DNA from: Chrysomallon squamiferum
Lineage: Eukaryota > Animalia > Mollusca
Length of the DNA stretch: 64,000 nucleotides
Assembly: GCA_012295275.1 (NCBI GenBank)
Contig: CM022673.1
Span: 2,480,001-2,544,000 of the forward strand
Direction of reading: 5' to 3'
Below, one piece after another: positions 49,101-62,103 of the stretch (the first letter of the stretch is position 1; the number at the start of each line of letters is the position of its first letter). A program made the translations under genes and the position numbers. Under the pieces are notes generated by a model. The model saw only the letters and a program-made list of their open reading frames with translations. It ran no database searches and was not told the origin of the DNA.

Positions 49101-51845
49101 TTTAATAATTTGTTTGTATTTAATATATTCTCATTATGTCACTGGTCTTGTATGTTTTTTTTTTTAGTATTTAATTTTTTTTTTTTTAATGACCTAATTT
49201 GAACAGTATTATAACAGATCTCTTCAGCATTAATCTGTGTTAATAAGAATGTATATTTTATTTTTCTGTTTGTTTGTTTAATTGGTGTTATTTCTTACAG
49301 AATTAATTTTAAATAATATCATCATATTCTCGGTAACCTTATTTGTTTCAATAACTGAAATATATATAAATATACATATATTTTTTTTTTTTTCAGAAAG
49401 TGGTGATGGTCTCAATCTACAGGCATCTTCAACACCATTAAAATACAGCACTGTAGTTGCAGGAACTCCTTCAAACAGACTGGAGTTCTCTGATAGAAAA
49501 AACAGACCTAGTTCAGTTTCTCAAAGCATGACTGGCATTTCACAGAATGTTGCTTCTTGTGAAAAATCAGACAGTTTCACCTGTCAAGCAGGCCACACAC
49601 CTGCCTCCAAAAAATATTCCTTGTTGAACGTTCACCCTGTGTCTGCGTCTGAAATCAACGGCTTATCTACGACACCTAATGCATCAGTAACAGTGAAAGC
49701 ATGGGGAACTCCTAGTGTGTGTGCAGAGCCCAAAATCCCAGCTCTTGTAGTTTGTAAAGGAAATGACAATACAGAGACAGATGTTAAAAAAATATCAACG
49801 GAATCTGATAGCAATTTGAACAGCACTTTCACTTTAGAAGAACCAAAGCTGCCCTCAGTGCCAGTTGTTGGTGAAGTGGGTAATGGTGGAAAGGATTTCA
49901 GTGCAGTGAAAATGGACAACTGTTGGACAAGAACTGTGCTGAGCAGTTCAGCTTCTCCATTTCCTGCAGCAGAGAGACAGCTAAGCTGCTCGAAACCTGC
50001 TCAAGGGAATGCTGCACGAACTTTGAGTTCAGCTCAAAACAGTCATTTCTCTTCTGTCTCAATTTCACACCCGCTGCCAGACTCTGGGATGGCTGGAATT
50101 TTGTCTAGCACGTCAAAAACCAACAACCCAGCTCAGCCAGTTCTGGCAACTCAGACTGTCACTAAATCTGCCCCGTCGGGCAAAGAGAACACAGAAGTGG
50201 GAGGGGGTGAGTCGAATATGAAGAAGTCTGTGGCTCGCTCAATAAACTTTGACAGTGTTGCTCGGACACCTGACAGGACGTATGCTCAAGTCGTGAAAAC
50301 TCCACCCACACCCGAACGCTGTCCATTAGCTCCACTCTCCAGCAACACTCCAACTCTGTCTCCATCGGTTATGCTGAAAAGGTGAGTTCTAAATGTTACA
50401 AAAAAAATGTTTAATAGTTTTATATTCTTAACATTCTTTTGTCCTTAATAACGTACCAATCCACTGAAAGATAAATCTCCATGAATAAAGCTTGTTTATT
50501 TACACAGGTAATTTACACAGGTAATTACAGAGATAACTGGATTAAAGCACAGTCTAAACTTGGTTAAAGGAAGTAATGTGTTTTCAACTTCTGCCCATGT
50601 TGCTTACTTTTATCGATAGACAGTAAGGTACATTTTACATGTAACTTCCCACACTTTTTGATACATGACTGGAAAGAAAATAGAACAACAGGCAAGATTA
50701 ATCCAGTTTCAAAACACACTTTACTTGTGTTTTTTAGTGTTTCATGAACACCAATATATTGTGCAGTATCAGTCCTTGTATATTTTATTTTTAATTTTTT
50801 TAGCAAACTCCACCCTGAAGGAACTCCTGGCTCAAAGATCAAAGAGAGAAGTCGATTCCAGATGAACCCTCAAGTTTTGAACCAGAGCACTCATACATCA
50901 GGAAGTGAAAATGTTCAGACTCTTCGGAAATTGGGATTCCCCATCATGTCTCAGAGATCTACTTCAAGTAAGTTTATTTTTTAAAAACAAAATTCAAGTA
51001 TTTTTTTGTGACATTAGAAATACAGCATGAGATACCTCACCATTTGACTGACAATTTTAACTGCAGGGAAAATTAGTAACTATTTGAAACACAGCTTAAA
51101 ATTGTAGTCTGTTTATTTTTCATTTCATTTTTTGGATTAGATCAGAATTCATCGAGTTGTTTTTGTTTTTTTGGTTGTTGTTTTTTTGTTTTTTTAATTT
51201 TGTCTACCAAAAGAAAACAGATAATTACATGAACATACAATTTTTTTGATTATTTTTCTTGTAGGATTGCCAGGAATGAAGCCTAGCTATATGCAGATGA
51301 CAAAATCATCTGCTCAGAGGACACAAAAGGTTAACAATCAAGCAGAGTCTGATCATATTCCACTGTAAGTTTTTGTTTTATTTCCTTATAAACATAATTA
51401 AAAGTTAACAGTCTCACAATGTGTCTATCAAAATGTGACAAATATGCTGCAGTGGTTACATAGATTCCTCAGACAGTTCTTTTATGTATTCAGGATGTTT
51501 CCTCTTGAAATTAATATAGGGGAAAACAAATACAAATACACGCACACAAAACATGCAGATATGCACACAGTATACACACATACATACATACATACATACA
51601 GAATTACACATGTATATTGTGATCACAAAATTGAGTTCTATTTGGTACATATATTGCTTAGAAATGTACAAATTGAAAATGTAGGGAAATTTTATTTTGA
51701 AAATGTTTTCAAGCTGGTAGAGAATACATTTTTGTTATTTGTGTATTTTAAAATTTATTCATTATTTTTATTATTTTTTCTTTTTAGGTTTAAACGACGA
51801 AGCAAATCAACATCAAGTTTGAGTCACGGTAGATGGCTGCACTGA
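41102..51845 (+). CDS. KIF18A: Kinesin-8 family motor, KIF18A-like, complete
   Basis: 18 phase-consistent exons: 41102-41465, 42010-42167, 42819-42929, 43251-43361, 43754-43951, 44358-44455, 45067-45142, 45356-45430, 45770-45858, 46202-46358, 46823-46987, 47552-47673, 48234-48457, 48804-48917, 49397-50381, 50804-50967, 51265-51364, 51788-51845(TGA). Motifs: VVVRIRP, P-loop [88 protein letters not shown], and tail PSYMQMT. These are kinesin-8/KIF18 signatures. Probably co-orthologous to vertebrate KIF18A and KIF18B. Confidence 0.93.
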
Positions 51846-54544
51846 TAACACCAGCATTAAAAAAAAAAAACTTATTACAGGGTTGAACTTGCCATTAGTT
51901 CTGTTATTATTTTTTTCTTATTGCATTGTATACAGATTTGACATACCACAGCAGAGACAGGCTTACACTTGTCTCTAAGGCAGTGGAGTTTTATTCACCA
52001 TAGTGAATTCTCTGGCTTCTTTCATTTCTCTATACTGTGACTTGCTGCTGTAAAAGACAAATTATCGCATAATCTGGAACCAAAACTACAGAATTGAGCT
52101 CCAACACCCAGTCTTCTTTTCTTTTTCTAATCAAACACAACAGAAGCATGCACAAGTGTTTTTTCACTGTAATGTGATTTGGTAGTGATGACCAGAATGA
52201 TGGTTGACGGTATTAATCATTCAGAGAACGAAAGTTATAGAACTGATGTTTTAAGAAAAAAAGTAAATTGATGTCAAGACAAATTGTTGAGCTGACAAAT
52301 TGTGATGACATTTATGCTTGTATACATCATAAGTTGTTTCCAGTTTTGTCACACAGATTGTAAGTTGTGACCATTACATACATGAAGCTTAACAAATACG
52401 GGATTAAAATCTGCGAGATATGAACTTCATATTAGTTCATCTGAGTGTTTAATCATTTGTTTTTAGAAATGACTAAAATAACAGTGCCAATCAGAAAATG
52501 TGACTAAATTTGACAAGTTCATCATTTCACTTGTTATACTTTCTCGTTTTACTCCAAGAGCTAAAACTTCCTCTCTAATAATATTTTTGATGTCTTTTCC
52601 TGTGCATGATGCTAAAATTTTAGATTTCAGAAACATCTTTTTTTTAAAACCTAGGACAACTGTTCCACTAGTAAAATAAATGATTTACTGCATGTAAGTG
52701 TGTATCCAATGCTGCAGTTTTTTTGTTTTTTTTAAATGAAACCATTTTTCTTTTCATAGTAAAATGGTATCGTATTTAGTAGAAAAACTAAAATGCTTCT
52801 TAGCATAAGACATCTTACATGAAATTTCATCCAGACCACACTGAATTTGATAGAGAAATGAAGGAATAACTGAAAAAAAAAGTTGATATTAAAAACATAA
52901 TGCAGAAACGGCTTTTGATGTACCTCATTTGATTTTGGAAAACTTTTACAGTAAAGTGTTTGAAAAAACAAAAACAAACAAAAAAATCTGATAGAATATG
53001 CAAGTCCATTTTTCTTTTTCAGTTTGTTGCTTTTATTAATTTATTATCAGTCTATGATGGTGAAAAGTGCTTAATGTATTTTTACATAATGTTCCATTTT
53101 GTAAAATATTTAGAAATCTTATTGTACATTTTACACTGCATGAAATTTGCAAATTTGTTGTTGGTGAACATATTGCTTGTTTTAATGTATATATTTATAT
53201 TAAAGCTTAATAAATATCTTTCTGCAAATTCGTTGTTATTTTTCATTATTATGTAGATTTGTTTGTATCAATTATTTGTATCACAAATAATATTTCATAT
53301 CGACTTGTTTATCTTCTAATCTCAAGGAGTACAACAAAACAGCATACTGATAAAAATACTCCCGACAATACACATTAAAAGCATCAGGGCATACACATAG
53401 TGTTAACATCCTTATAGTTATCAGATTGTTCAACAGTTAGATCGTGGCCATGCTGTTAAAAACAGAATAAGACACAAATCATATGGAATTTATTTCCTTT
53501 CTAACAGTTATTTCTTTCATTTATACTAAATGATCTATTTCTGGGTTTTTTCTTTATTCTGTTCATTTAAAAATTTACTTCATAAAGAATATGGAAAAAA
53601 AGGAAAGAAAAAGCAAAAAACAAACTGTCTTTTAATGCTGCCAATTTAGATTTTAGGAATAAAAGTATATTAAACAGAAAACTTTATGTGTTTTGAAATA
53701 ATTTATTCAAAAGTTAAATTAAAACAATACATAAACTGGTGATTGTTAGAGTGCATATAAATAAAAAACAAAATTTTTTTACATAAATTTAATCTTTGAA
53801 AAATATTTATATTTTATGAATATGTGCATACATATATATATTTTGCTTAGTTATCTCACAGAATATACTGCATTAAATATTGCAGCATTTAAATACTGCC
53901 AAACATTTGCCCACACCATTATTATTATTATTATTTTATTTCTTTCTGGCTTTTGCTAAATGCACACAAACACGTTATTCTCATAAAATGTTATTTCTGC
54001 ATGTCAAAACAAAAAAACCTATAAATAAAGTTTTCATAATTTATTTGGTTTCAAAAGCTGAATTATTTACTTGGTTTTTATGACACATTTAATAGATATA
54101 TTTTTAATATTCTCCAGAGATTATGAAGTATTTCTAAACCACATGGCAAAAATAAACAACAGTGAAAAAGATGAAGTTCAAACATTTAAATAGAAATTAA
54201 TAAATGTAATTTTTAGTGATTTTCTTTTTTTTTTCTTTTTTTTTAAATATCCATTTTAAAATTTTTAGTCAACAGGCAGTCCTGGACAGTTTTCTATATT
54301 TTAATATTATTATTATTATTTTTATGTAATTTCAAAATTTACAAAATACATATAAAAAATGCATATTATTAGATTAATTATTATTTTGATTGTCAGCAAA
54401 AATGGTTTTGATTTTTTTTTTTTTTGATGATGATGAATCTGTTATTATCAGATGATATCTAATGTGTCAGTTATTATCAGAAAATTTGTCAAGAATCAAC
54501 TGTTATCGTATGATTTCTGACAAATCAGTTATTGTTGGATTGTG

Positions 54545-54785
54545 AACAACATGCCATGAAAAATTAAAAAATGGTGAAGAGTCAATTGCTGTCTGAAGAT
54601 TAAGAAGAATCAGTGTCACTGCTTGAATCTTGGCTCACTCCGAATAAACCAACTGGTGAAAAGTCTACTGCTGAAGAATCAATTACTGAAGAACATGCTA
54701 TTAAAAAAAAACTGGTGAAGAGTCAATTGGTGTCTGAAGATTCAGAAGAATCAGTGTCACTGGTTGAATCCTGGCTCACTTCCGA
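54545..54785. repeat. Direct tandem duplication of ~100 bp spanning the terminal codons and stop of the minus-strand last exon
   Basis: TGGTGAAGAGTCAATTG(C/G)TGTCTGAAGATT(A/C)AGAAGAATCAGTGTCACTG(C/G)TTGAATC(T/C)TGGCTCACT occurs at ~54572-54640 and ~54712-54780. Confidence 0.9.
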
Positions 54786-56241
54786 TTGCTCCACTTCTGA
54801 ACGCGGTTTCCTCGAAGTGTGAGAAGCTGTTTTAGGAGCACTTCTTGTCTTCTGAGCCACAGGCTGCACACTGGCTGTAGAATTATGGGTGGCTTGCACT
54901 GCAGAGAGATCCTGTGGAGCAATAACACCTGGCACTCGATTCTTGTTGGCTGCTAGTTTTGGTGGTGGGACGTTGACAATTTTGGCAGCAATGCTAAAAA
55001 GTTACATTGAATTTACTTTGACATTATTATTGTTGTTGTTGTTTTTATTATTATTACAGTAGTTGTTGTTATTGTTATTATTAAAATTATTAATTGTTAG
55101 TATCGTTATCAAAAAGTATTTTTTATTTATTATTATCATTATTATGTACTGCTTTTATTATCATTATTAAAAGAATATATATATATATTTTTTTTACAAG
55201 TTTACAAAACAAGTTTAGTAACGAAATATAACATTTAAAACGGATTTTAATTCTTTTTAATATGTTCAAGTGTTGCTAAGCCCTAGTAATAGTTACTAAT
55301 CTGATTAATTTCAATGTGACTAAAAATATTAAAGGTTTATAATGCACTTTATTGTACATTGAAATGTAATCAGTTCTTAAAATACACACACACATACATA
55401 CATGCACACACCTTTACATACATGTAGTCACTGATAAATGGCCATAAAATAAAATAAACATTTGCAGTTTCACTTGCTGAAAACTAAAAATTTTAAGTAT
55501 ATTGAAATATCGATTAACTAAATTTATTATAAATGAAATTGCTGTCAAAAGAACGTGAGGAAAGAAATTTACAACACAAATAAGTAATGTCAAAATCAAC
55601 AAATAAACCAACAAGTAATATTTACAGGAACAGAGCAAATAAATTCGTAAACAATTTTAAACAAATTGCAAATAACCAAAAAATGTTTTAACAAAATCTG
55701 TAACATAATCCCCTACCTGTGAAAATTATTCAGAATAACAGATTAATAAAAAAATTTAAAAAATTAAAATATAGTATTTGAAAATTACTATATGAACTGA
55801 GAATACTTTGTTTTAATGTTGTACATCCTAATTAGGTAACAAGAAATTTAGGAAGAGTACAGTACATTGTTTACTGAATCAATCCTCCTTAGAAAGCCTG
55901 GGTTATTTCAATATTGTAACCAATGTCCTGTAACTGCTGTATCACTGATACAGTGCTGTGTGAGATTTTCTTCCACTCTTGAATCATGGAGGATGGTAGC
56001 AGGTTTTGGTTTTCTCAGATGTCATTATACAATTATTCAACACTATTTCTGCTGACTACCAAAAAGAATCATTAATATATACCTTATCATAAGTAAGACA
56101 TTAAAGACCCTATCCTTTGATATATCAGTCATAGGGCCCTGGTTGGAATGGGGAATTACAGAAGAGGAAGACATGGACAGTGAATGAAGATTTTTTTAAA
56201 AATGACTCATTTCTATTTCTTTATTCCTTAAAAGTCTCTAA

Positions 56242-56301
<60 letters not shown>

Positions 56302-56582
56302 TTACCATCAAGGTGCCTTCCAAATAGCCAAAGAAATTTCCCATTCACATCCATTCGAAACAATAAACAAATAAAATAAAATAAAATAAAATTTAACAAA
56401 TTCTGTGATATTTTGTTTTAAATGCTGACCAAAAAATTGTAAATGAAATCATGCTTTGAACTGTTGAATTTAAATATATAAAAAAAACACTGACTGAAAC
56501 TCAAACTGTGAAGCAAGATAAAAACTGATACCAGACAATGGAGAACTTACCCAAGATGTAGAGGTCATATGCTGGGGTAAAT
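54723..56582 (-). pseudogene. Disabled exon set encoding a death-domain-like module plus a Ser/acidic low-complexity tail
   Basis: Exons 56582-56551, 56356-56306 (acceptor AG missing), 56055-55875 and 54993-54723(TGA) join in phase: FTPAYDLYILGMDVNGKFLWLFGRHLDVSRNSVE*LYNDI*ENQNLLPSSMIQEWKKISHSTVSVIQQLQDIGYNIEITQAF*GGLIHIAAKIVNVPPPKL...SSDTN*. The pattern W.(L/F)GRHL.VS...E......M..EWK....TV....L.DIG resembles a death domain by eye. In-frame stops at 56035-56033, 56017-56015 and 55891-55889. Confidence 0.68.
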
Positions 56583-56648
56583 CTTGTATAAGAAACAAAG
56601 TAAATACTAATGTTTAATTTCATATTATAAGAAGCAACTGCCAGACTT

Positions 56649-56733
<85 letters not shown>

Positions 56734-57188
56734 TATTGTTTAAGAACTAGATTTATGTTTTTAATGGTTAAAATCAAGACAATTTTTAAATATACTATGG
56801 ATATATTGTACAACCTCAAATTAAATGGTCTTTATTTTAATACAACTGAAAATTATTGTTCTATTTCTAACTGAAATACTCATTTAAATGTAAATGCCAC
56901 AAAAAGAAAATAGCTCTGGGCATGAAATAAGGTAACAGTTGAAGCTATTTTAACAAATTATTATTCATTTATGTATAAGAAGTGACAACACATGCAGTAA
57001 CATTTTGTTTGTGATGAAAGAAAACACAGACTTTATTTCAAAGTCCAAATTCACGATAAGTAACAAAATTCAATGATCTTACTGCATATTTCATAACAAT
57101 AAATACAGATATTAAAAACTTGTAATAAATATTTTTAAAATATATGTACAGTGAATATTCTTATATTTATTTATTTATTTATTTTAAT

Positions 57189-57366
57189 AATCATTGTTAT
57201 TGTCATAAATAAAACTTTATGGGAGATAGTTTCTTAACTTATGGCCAATTTATTATTTGTTTTTTACATTATTAAAATAAATAAATAAATAAATATAAAA
57301 AAACAAATTGGCCATGATTTAAGAAAATATTTCCCATAAAGTTTATTTAGGACAATAACAATGATT
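57189..57366. repeat. Long imperfect inverted repeat (hairpin or MITE-like)
   Basis: Left arm AATCATTGTTATTGTCATAAATAAAACTTTATGGGAGATAGTTTCTTAACTTATGGCCAATTT is the near reverse complement of right arm AAATTGGCCATGATTTAAGAAAATATTTCCCATAAAGTTTATTTAGGACAATAACAATGATT, with a ~50-bp AT-rich spacer. Confidence 0.88.
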
Positions 57367-60300
57367 AAGAATATTTAATGTCATGCTAGTTTGCTATATA
57401 TTTATATACTGTGATAAGAATTAAAATAAACCTAAATTAGTGATAAAATGTATAAAATAATAATAATAATAAATATTTAAATAAAAATAAAAATACCAGA
57501 CAACTTTAATGCACAAATGCAAGCCTAAATTCAGAATTATTTATTGCTAATAATCTCCTGTGACATTCCAGTATGCTTTAATTTTTTATTTAAATACTGC
57601 CAATACTAAAACAATTAAAATAAATCTCAGTGATAAAATAAAAAACATTGCCAACGGCCATAAATGCAGAAACACATGCCTAAATTCCGAATCTTTTAAT
57701 ACTGACAATATTCAGTGACATTCCTACATATTTAAATAATCTAAAAATACTGCTGATTTATGCTTGTGATAAAACACCACATGGCTGGCCTGAAGGAAAA
57801 ATAGAATCAATGTAAGTAGTTAAACATATTTTATGACATTCCTACATATTATGTAAATATCTAAAACATAAAAAAAAAAAAATCAGTTATGTGTAGGATA
57901 AATGAAAATATGGCCAGCAATAAAAAGACGAGTTAAAGATAGTAAATAAAACTGCTACCGAATATCTGACAACGAACAACCATAAAACATCAAATTTTTA
58001 ATGATAAAAATTATATTGGTGATGGAAGAACATATGGCTGCCAACCAGATCTAACTGTAGAACTTTAAGGCTCAAGGAATGGAATGATGAACATAAGATG
58101 GATTTTAATGATGGTTATTAGCACTGCCAAGTAATATAATTAATAATATATATATATATATATATCACTGGTGATGGCATGTTATGAGAAAAAAAAATCT
58201 AATTGTAAAAGGAACATTAATCAAATATAGTGTATAATAAGTTCAGTATGGATGTGGTGATGTGAAATATTGATGAAAGGTACAGTAAGTTTATAATCAT
58301 CAGTGCTCATGTGTTAATAATAAGTAAGATCCTAATAAAATATGTTATATAATAATTTTATATTATTCAATGGCGATATATTAATAACATTACTCTAATT
58401 TGCTGTCAGTAAACCCACTCCCATATTCAAAGCATCTAGAGAATTAAATCCTCTCCTTGAATCAGCCCATCCTCATTTTTTTTTTTTTTTTTTTTTTTGT
58501 GTAAAATATACAACTGCACTGTGCAAGATAAACTTTTCAAGTTTAGAGTCAGCAGCAAACAGGTTAAACAACCAGACTCATAACCAGTGGATATGGGGAT
58601 CGCATCTTCACACTAATAAGTGTAATATCACATCATCTTATTTTCTACCCAATTTGTTAATGCTAAAACTATCTTTAAAATTACAACTCAGACATCATAA
58701 TATTGTCACTAGGCATGAACCTGAACCTTAATAACCAACAGACTAATCATTTATTAAACTCAAATAAAGCACTATCAGGGAGATGCAATAATAATGATAA
58801 TGATGATGATGATAATGATAATGATAATGATAATGAGTTATGAGTTATGAGTTATGAGTTATGATAATGATGATGATTATGATAATATTAAAACTAATAA
58901 TAATAAAAAGATAACAATAATGACAATAATAAAATTTCAAAAACCGTTTTACTTCAGCTTCTACATCTAAGTGCATTTTACTGAGTAAATTTAGTAAAAA
59001 CATAAAGAAATAAAATGTTCTCCCTTGTGAAACTATACCTCATCCTTAAGTGTAGCAATGATTAGAATAAAGGGATGGCAACAGTGCACGAACTCAATAA
59101 AAAATATTGTTCAAATGCAAAATGTGAAAAAGAATAAATATCCTCTAACTGCATTATAAATGTAACATTGAAAATATTCTTAGTGAAAGGTAAAATTGTA
59201 ATTCATGTTTATAACTTATTTACAATGTTGTTATATTAAAGGTACAGTGTATCCCAAATCTTGGTATAGCATCATTAAAATTATTTTGATGTGTAACATA
59301 AAAACTTAATTAAAAATAAAACCTTAATTCATATCTGTTAAACAAAATATATAAATTTGTCAATTATTTTTAAACCATTAGACTTCTTAACATGAAACAT
59401 TTAGTGTAATTTAAAAACTAAAACAATTTTTTAACTGGATTATTTATTACAATCCTGAGTATACCAGAAGCAGTATAAACCAATTGTTATTTTGCATAAT
59501 GAAATCCAAGTAATTGTTTGCTTTGAACTTCTCTACTTTGCTAATAATAAAGTATGATAATGAAATAACAAACTCACAAATGATGAATGTAAAAAAAGAA
59601 AAGAATTTACAATAAAATCTTGATCAGCACATCAAAATTTTTATTAAGATATGAATAAAAAGATAACATGGCAGTGTATATATTCAATATTTCTACTAAA
59701 TTATAGTAAACTTTATTATTAGCAAAGGCTGTGTTTTATATAGAATAACAGTTTGGAATTACTCAAAATGTATTTAGGCTTTATTTGTTTATTGTCAAAA
59801 GAAAACAATTAGCAGCAGGATGGCAGTATTATAAAATGACAGTGTTTGTGTTAGAAAAATAAAATCCAAACCAAGAAGAAAAACAAAAGCAGTATTTAGG
59901 AAAATTTTAATAAACTTTATTTGGTGCAAGGTTTAATATTATTGTTATAAAGATAAACTTACAATTGAATAAAATGCTGCATGGCATATATATATAAATT
60001 ATTAAAGTTTCTAAAATAAAAGCATTTATATAAATATTAATACACAATTATTCTTAGTGCAGATTTATTGCAGGCACTAGGTTTTATCTTTAATTATCCG
60101 ACATAGATAAAAATAAAAATAAAATATCTTAGATTTCTCATTTTATAACAAACTGACAAAATCTTCTATGCATACATAAAAAATAGCTGCACAAAATTTT
60201 GTTAGTAGATAATTAGGCTGCAGTGTTTAAATGAAAATATCAATTTATAAAGCTGCAAGTGTAAGTAGTACTTGGAAGCTTTATTCCTTCTTTAAAAAAA

Positions 60301-62103
60301 TAAGTCAAATTTAATTATGAATGTTTTCCAATACAAGTTGGTGTTATTTTGATTCTTGTTCTCCTTACTACTATTGGTTATTTATAACAATTTTGTGTGC
60401 AGATTTTGTAAATTTAAAAAATAAAATAAAAAGAATAAATAATTTTCTTTTTTTAATTTTTAATTTTTTTTTTTTTTAAATTGTTCTTCTGACTTTAGTA
60501 TATACATTTATACATTGCAGCAATATTAACACAGACAAGAAAAGAGCAAAGATCTTCACACACCAGAAGCAAACAACATCACAATGTTTATTAAATATTA
60601 AAGTGATTAAAAGAACCAAAACCACACCACAGTGATTATTAAACTGATTAAAGAACTGACACCATACAGGTGTGATGTAATAAAACTTATTAAAGGAAAT
60701 AAAATGTTTAATATGTGTTAGACACAGATCCAGGATGTAGATAAATGAGTCTGGTTATTTTCAATAATCATAATATGTCTATTTGTTTATTCTCACACTT
60801 TATTTAAAATAATTTTGCTAGGCAGTCCAAATTACCATGTATAAAATCAATTTACTATGCCTGTTCATGTTGAATATTTTAAAAAGAAAAAGTTAATGTT
60901 CTCTAACATAAAACACTACTTTTATTAATGATTTCCAGGAACCAAACCAAAACAATAATCTGCCATTAAAAATGTGTCACTTGGTCAAAATGACAATTTG
61001 TGGATTATGATTTCACATATATTTCCATGTTTAACATGACAAATCTAATACTATATGGCTTAAGTCTTTAGATGCAAATGAGTTATGGTTTTACTCAAAG
61101 CTAGTTCAATAATATTTAGCACCTAATGACAGCCCTAGGACCTGTAATTCTGATATATTCTGACTAGCTAATGTAAGACCTCCATTATTTTAATATCCAT
61201 TTTCTGATTAAAAACTTTCATTCAGAAGACTATCTTGTTCTTTTAATAATAAAATCTGCAGAGAATCTTGTGTTGCCAACTGACAACTGCCTAGTTTGGT
61301 TTGTGGTTGTGTCTGTTTTTGTACCAAGTTTTAATGGAAGCTCTAACTTTGTAAGTAACATTTTATGTCCAGCATTCTAAATTATATTACAAAAATTAAT
61401 GAATTAAAAAAAAGAATTTCTTAAAAATCTAAGTACATGCTTTACAACAAATATCATTCTTGAATAGCATTAAAAAAAAAATTAATAAATAAATAAATGT
61501 TCACGATATAACTGATATATTTAATTAAAATACATATTATAAAAAATAAGATATTATATTCAGTAAAATATACATATGTATATATATATAAAACAACATC
61601 AAACTCAGTTGTAACATGTACTGCTGACTTTTAAAATAATAATTGTTAAATAAAAATAGTAAAAGTCAGTTAGAAATGCTTTTAGTAACAAACACTGACT
61701 TATCATGCATTGTGAAAAACTGTTAATATAAGACGTATTTGAAATACAGAAAACAAATCTGTAATATGCTCATTTAGATTTCATATACAGCCTCCTCTGA
61801 ATTTATATTGTACTATTTCACATTAAAGGTCAGAAACGTTTAATGTTAATCATATGTATTCAGGCAATATAAAATTTAGAGAATATTATTTTATCTTGCA
61901 TACAAAACTCACAAGACATGAATTTCATTGCAAAACATTTGTTAAAATAACTTATCTGTTTTTTTTGGCTTTTTCAGTCATTATAACATTTGTTAGTTGT
62001 TAAAGCACAATGAAAAGAAATGTTCAAGAGACAGTGACATACACGACACAATGGACCAGGCTTCTGCCATGAATGGTGAGTACAGAAAACATAACACAAA
62101 TGC

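Noticed and set aside
52183-52246. C/D-box snoRNA-like GTGATGA...CTGA in the KIF18A 3' region
   Set aside because: No terminal stem, no recognisable rRNA guide, and not intronic; such motifs are common by chance.
54613-54822. Plus-strand ORF with internal repeat (SLLESWLT/SLVESWLT)
   Set aside because: Antisense shadow of the duplicated minus-strand terminal exon; no ATG start or splice support.
55866-56582. Alternative frame EWM*MGNFFGYLEGTLMSAEIVLNN resembling a flavin amine-oxidase C-terminus, with several in-frame TGA (selenoprotein idea)
   Set aside because: It needs five stops including a TAA and does not join the last exon in its open frame. I saw no SECIS. The death-domain frame has fewer stops and consistent phases.
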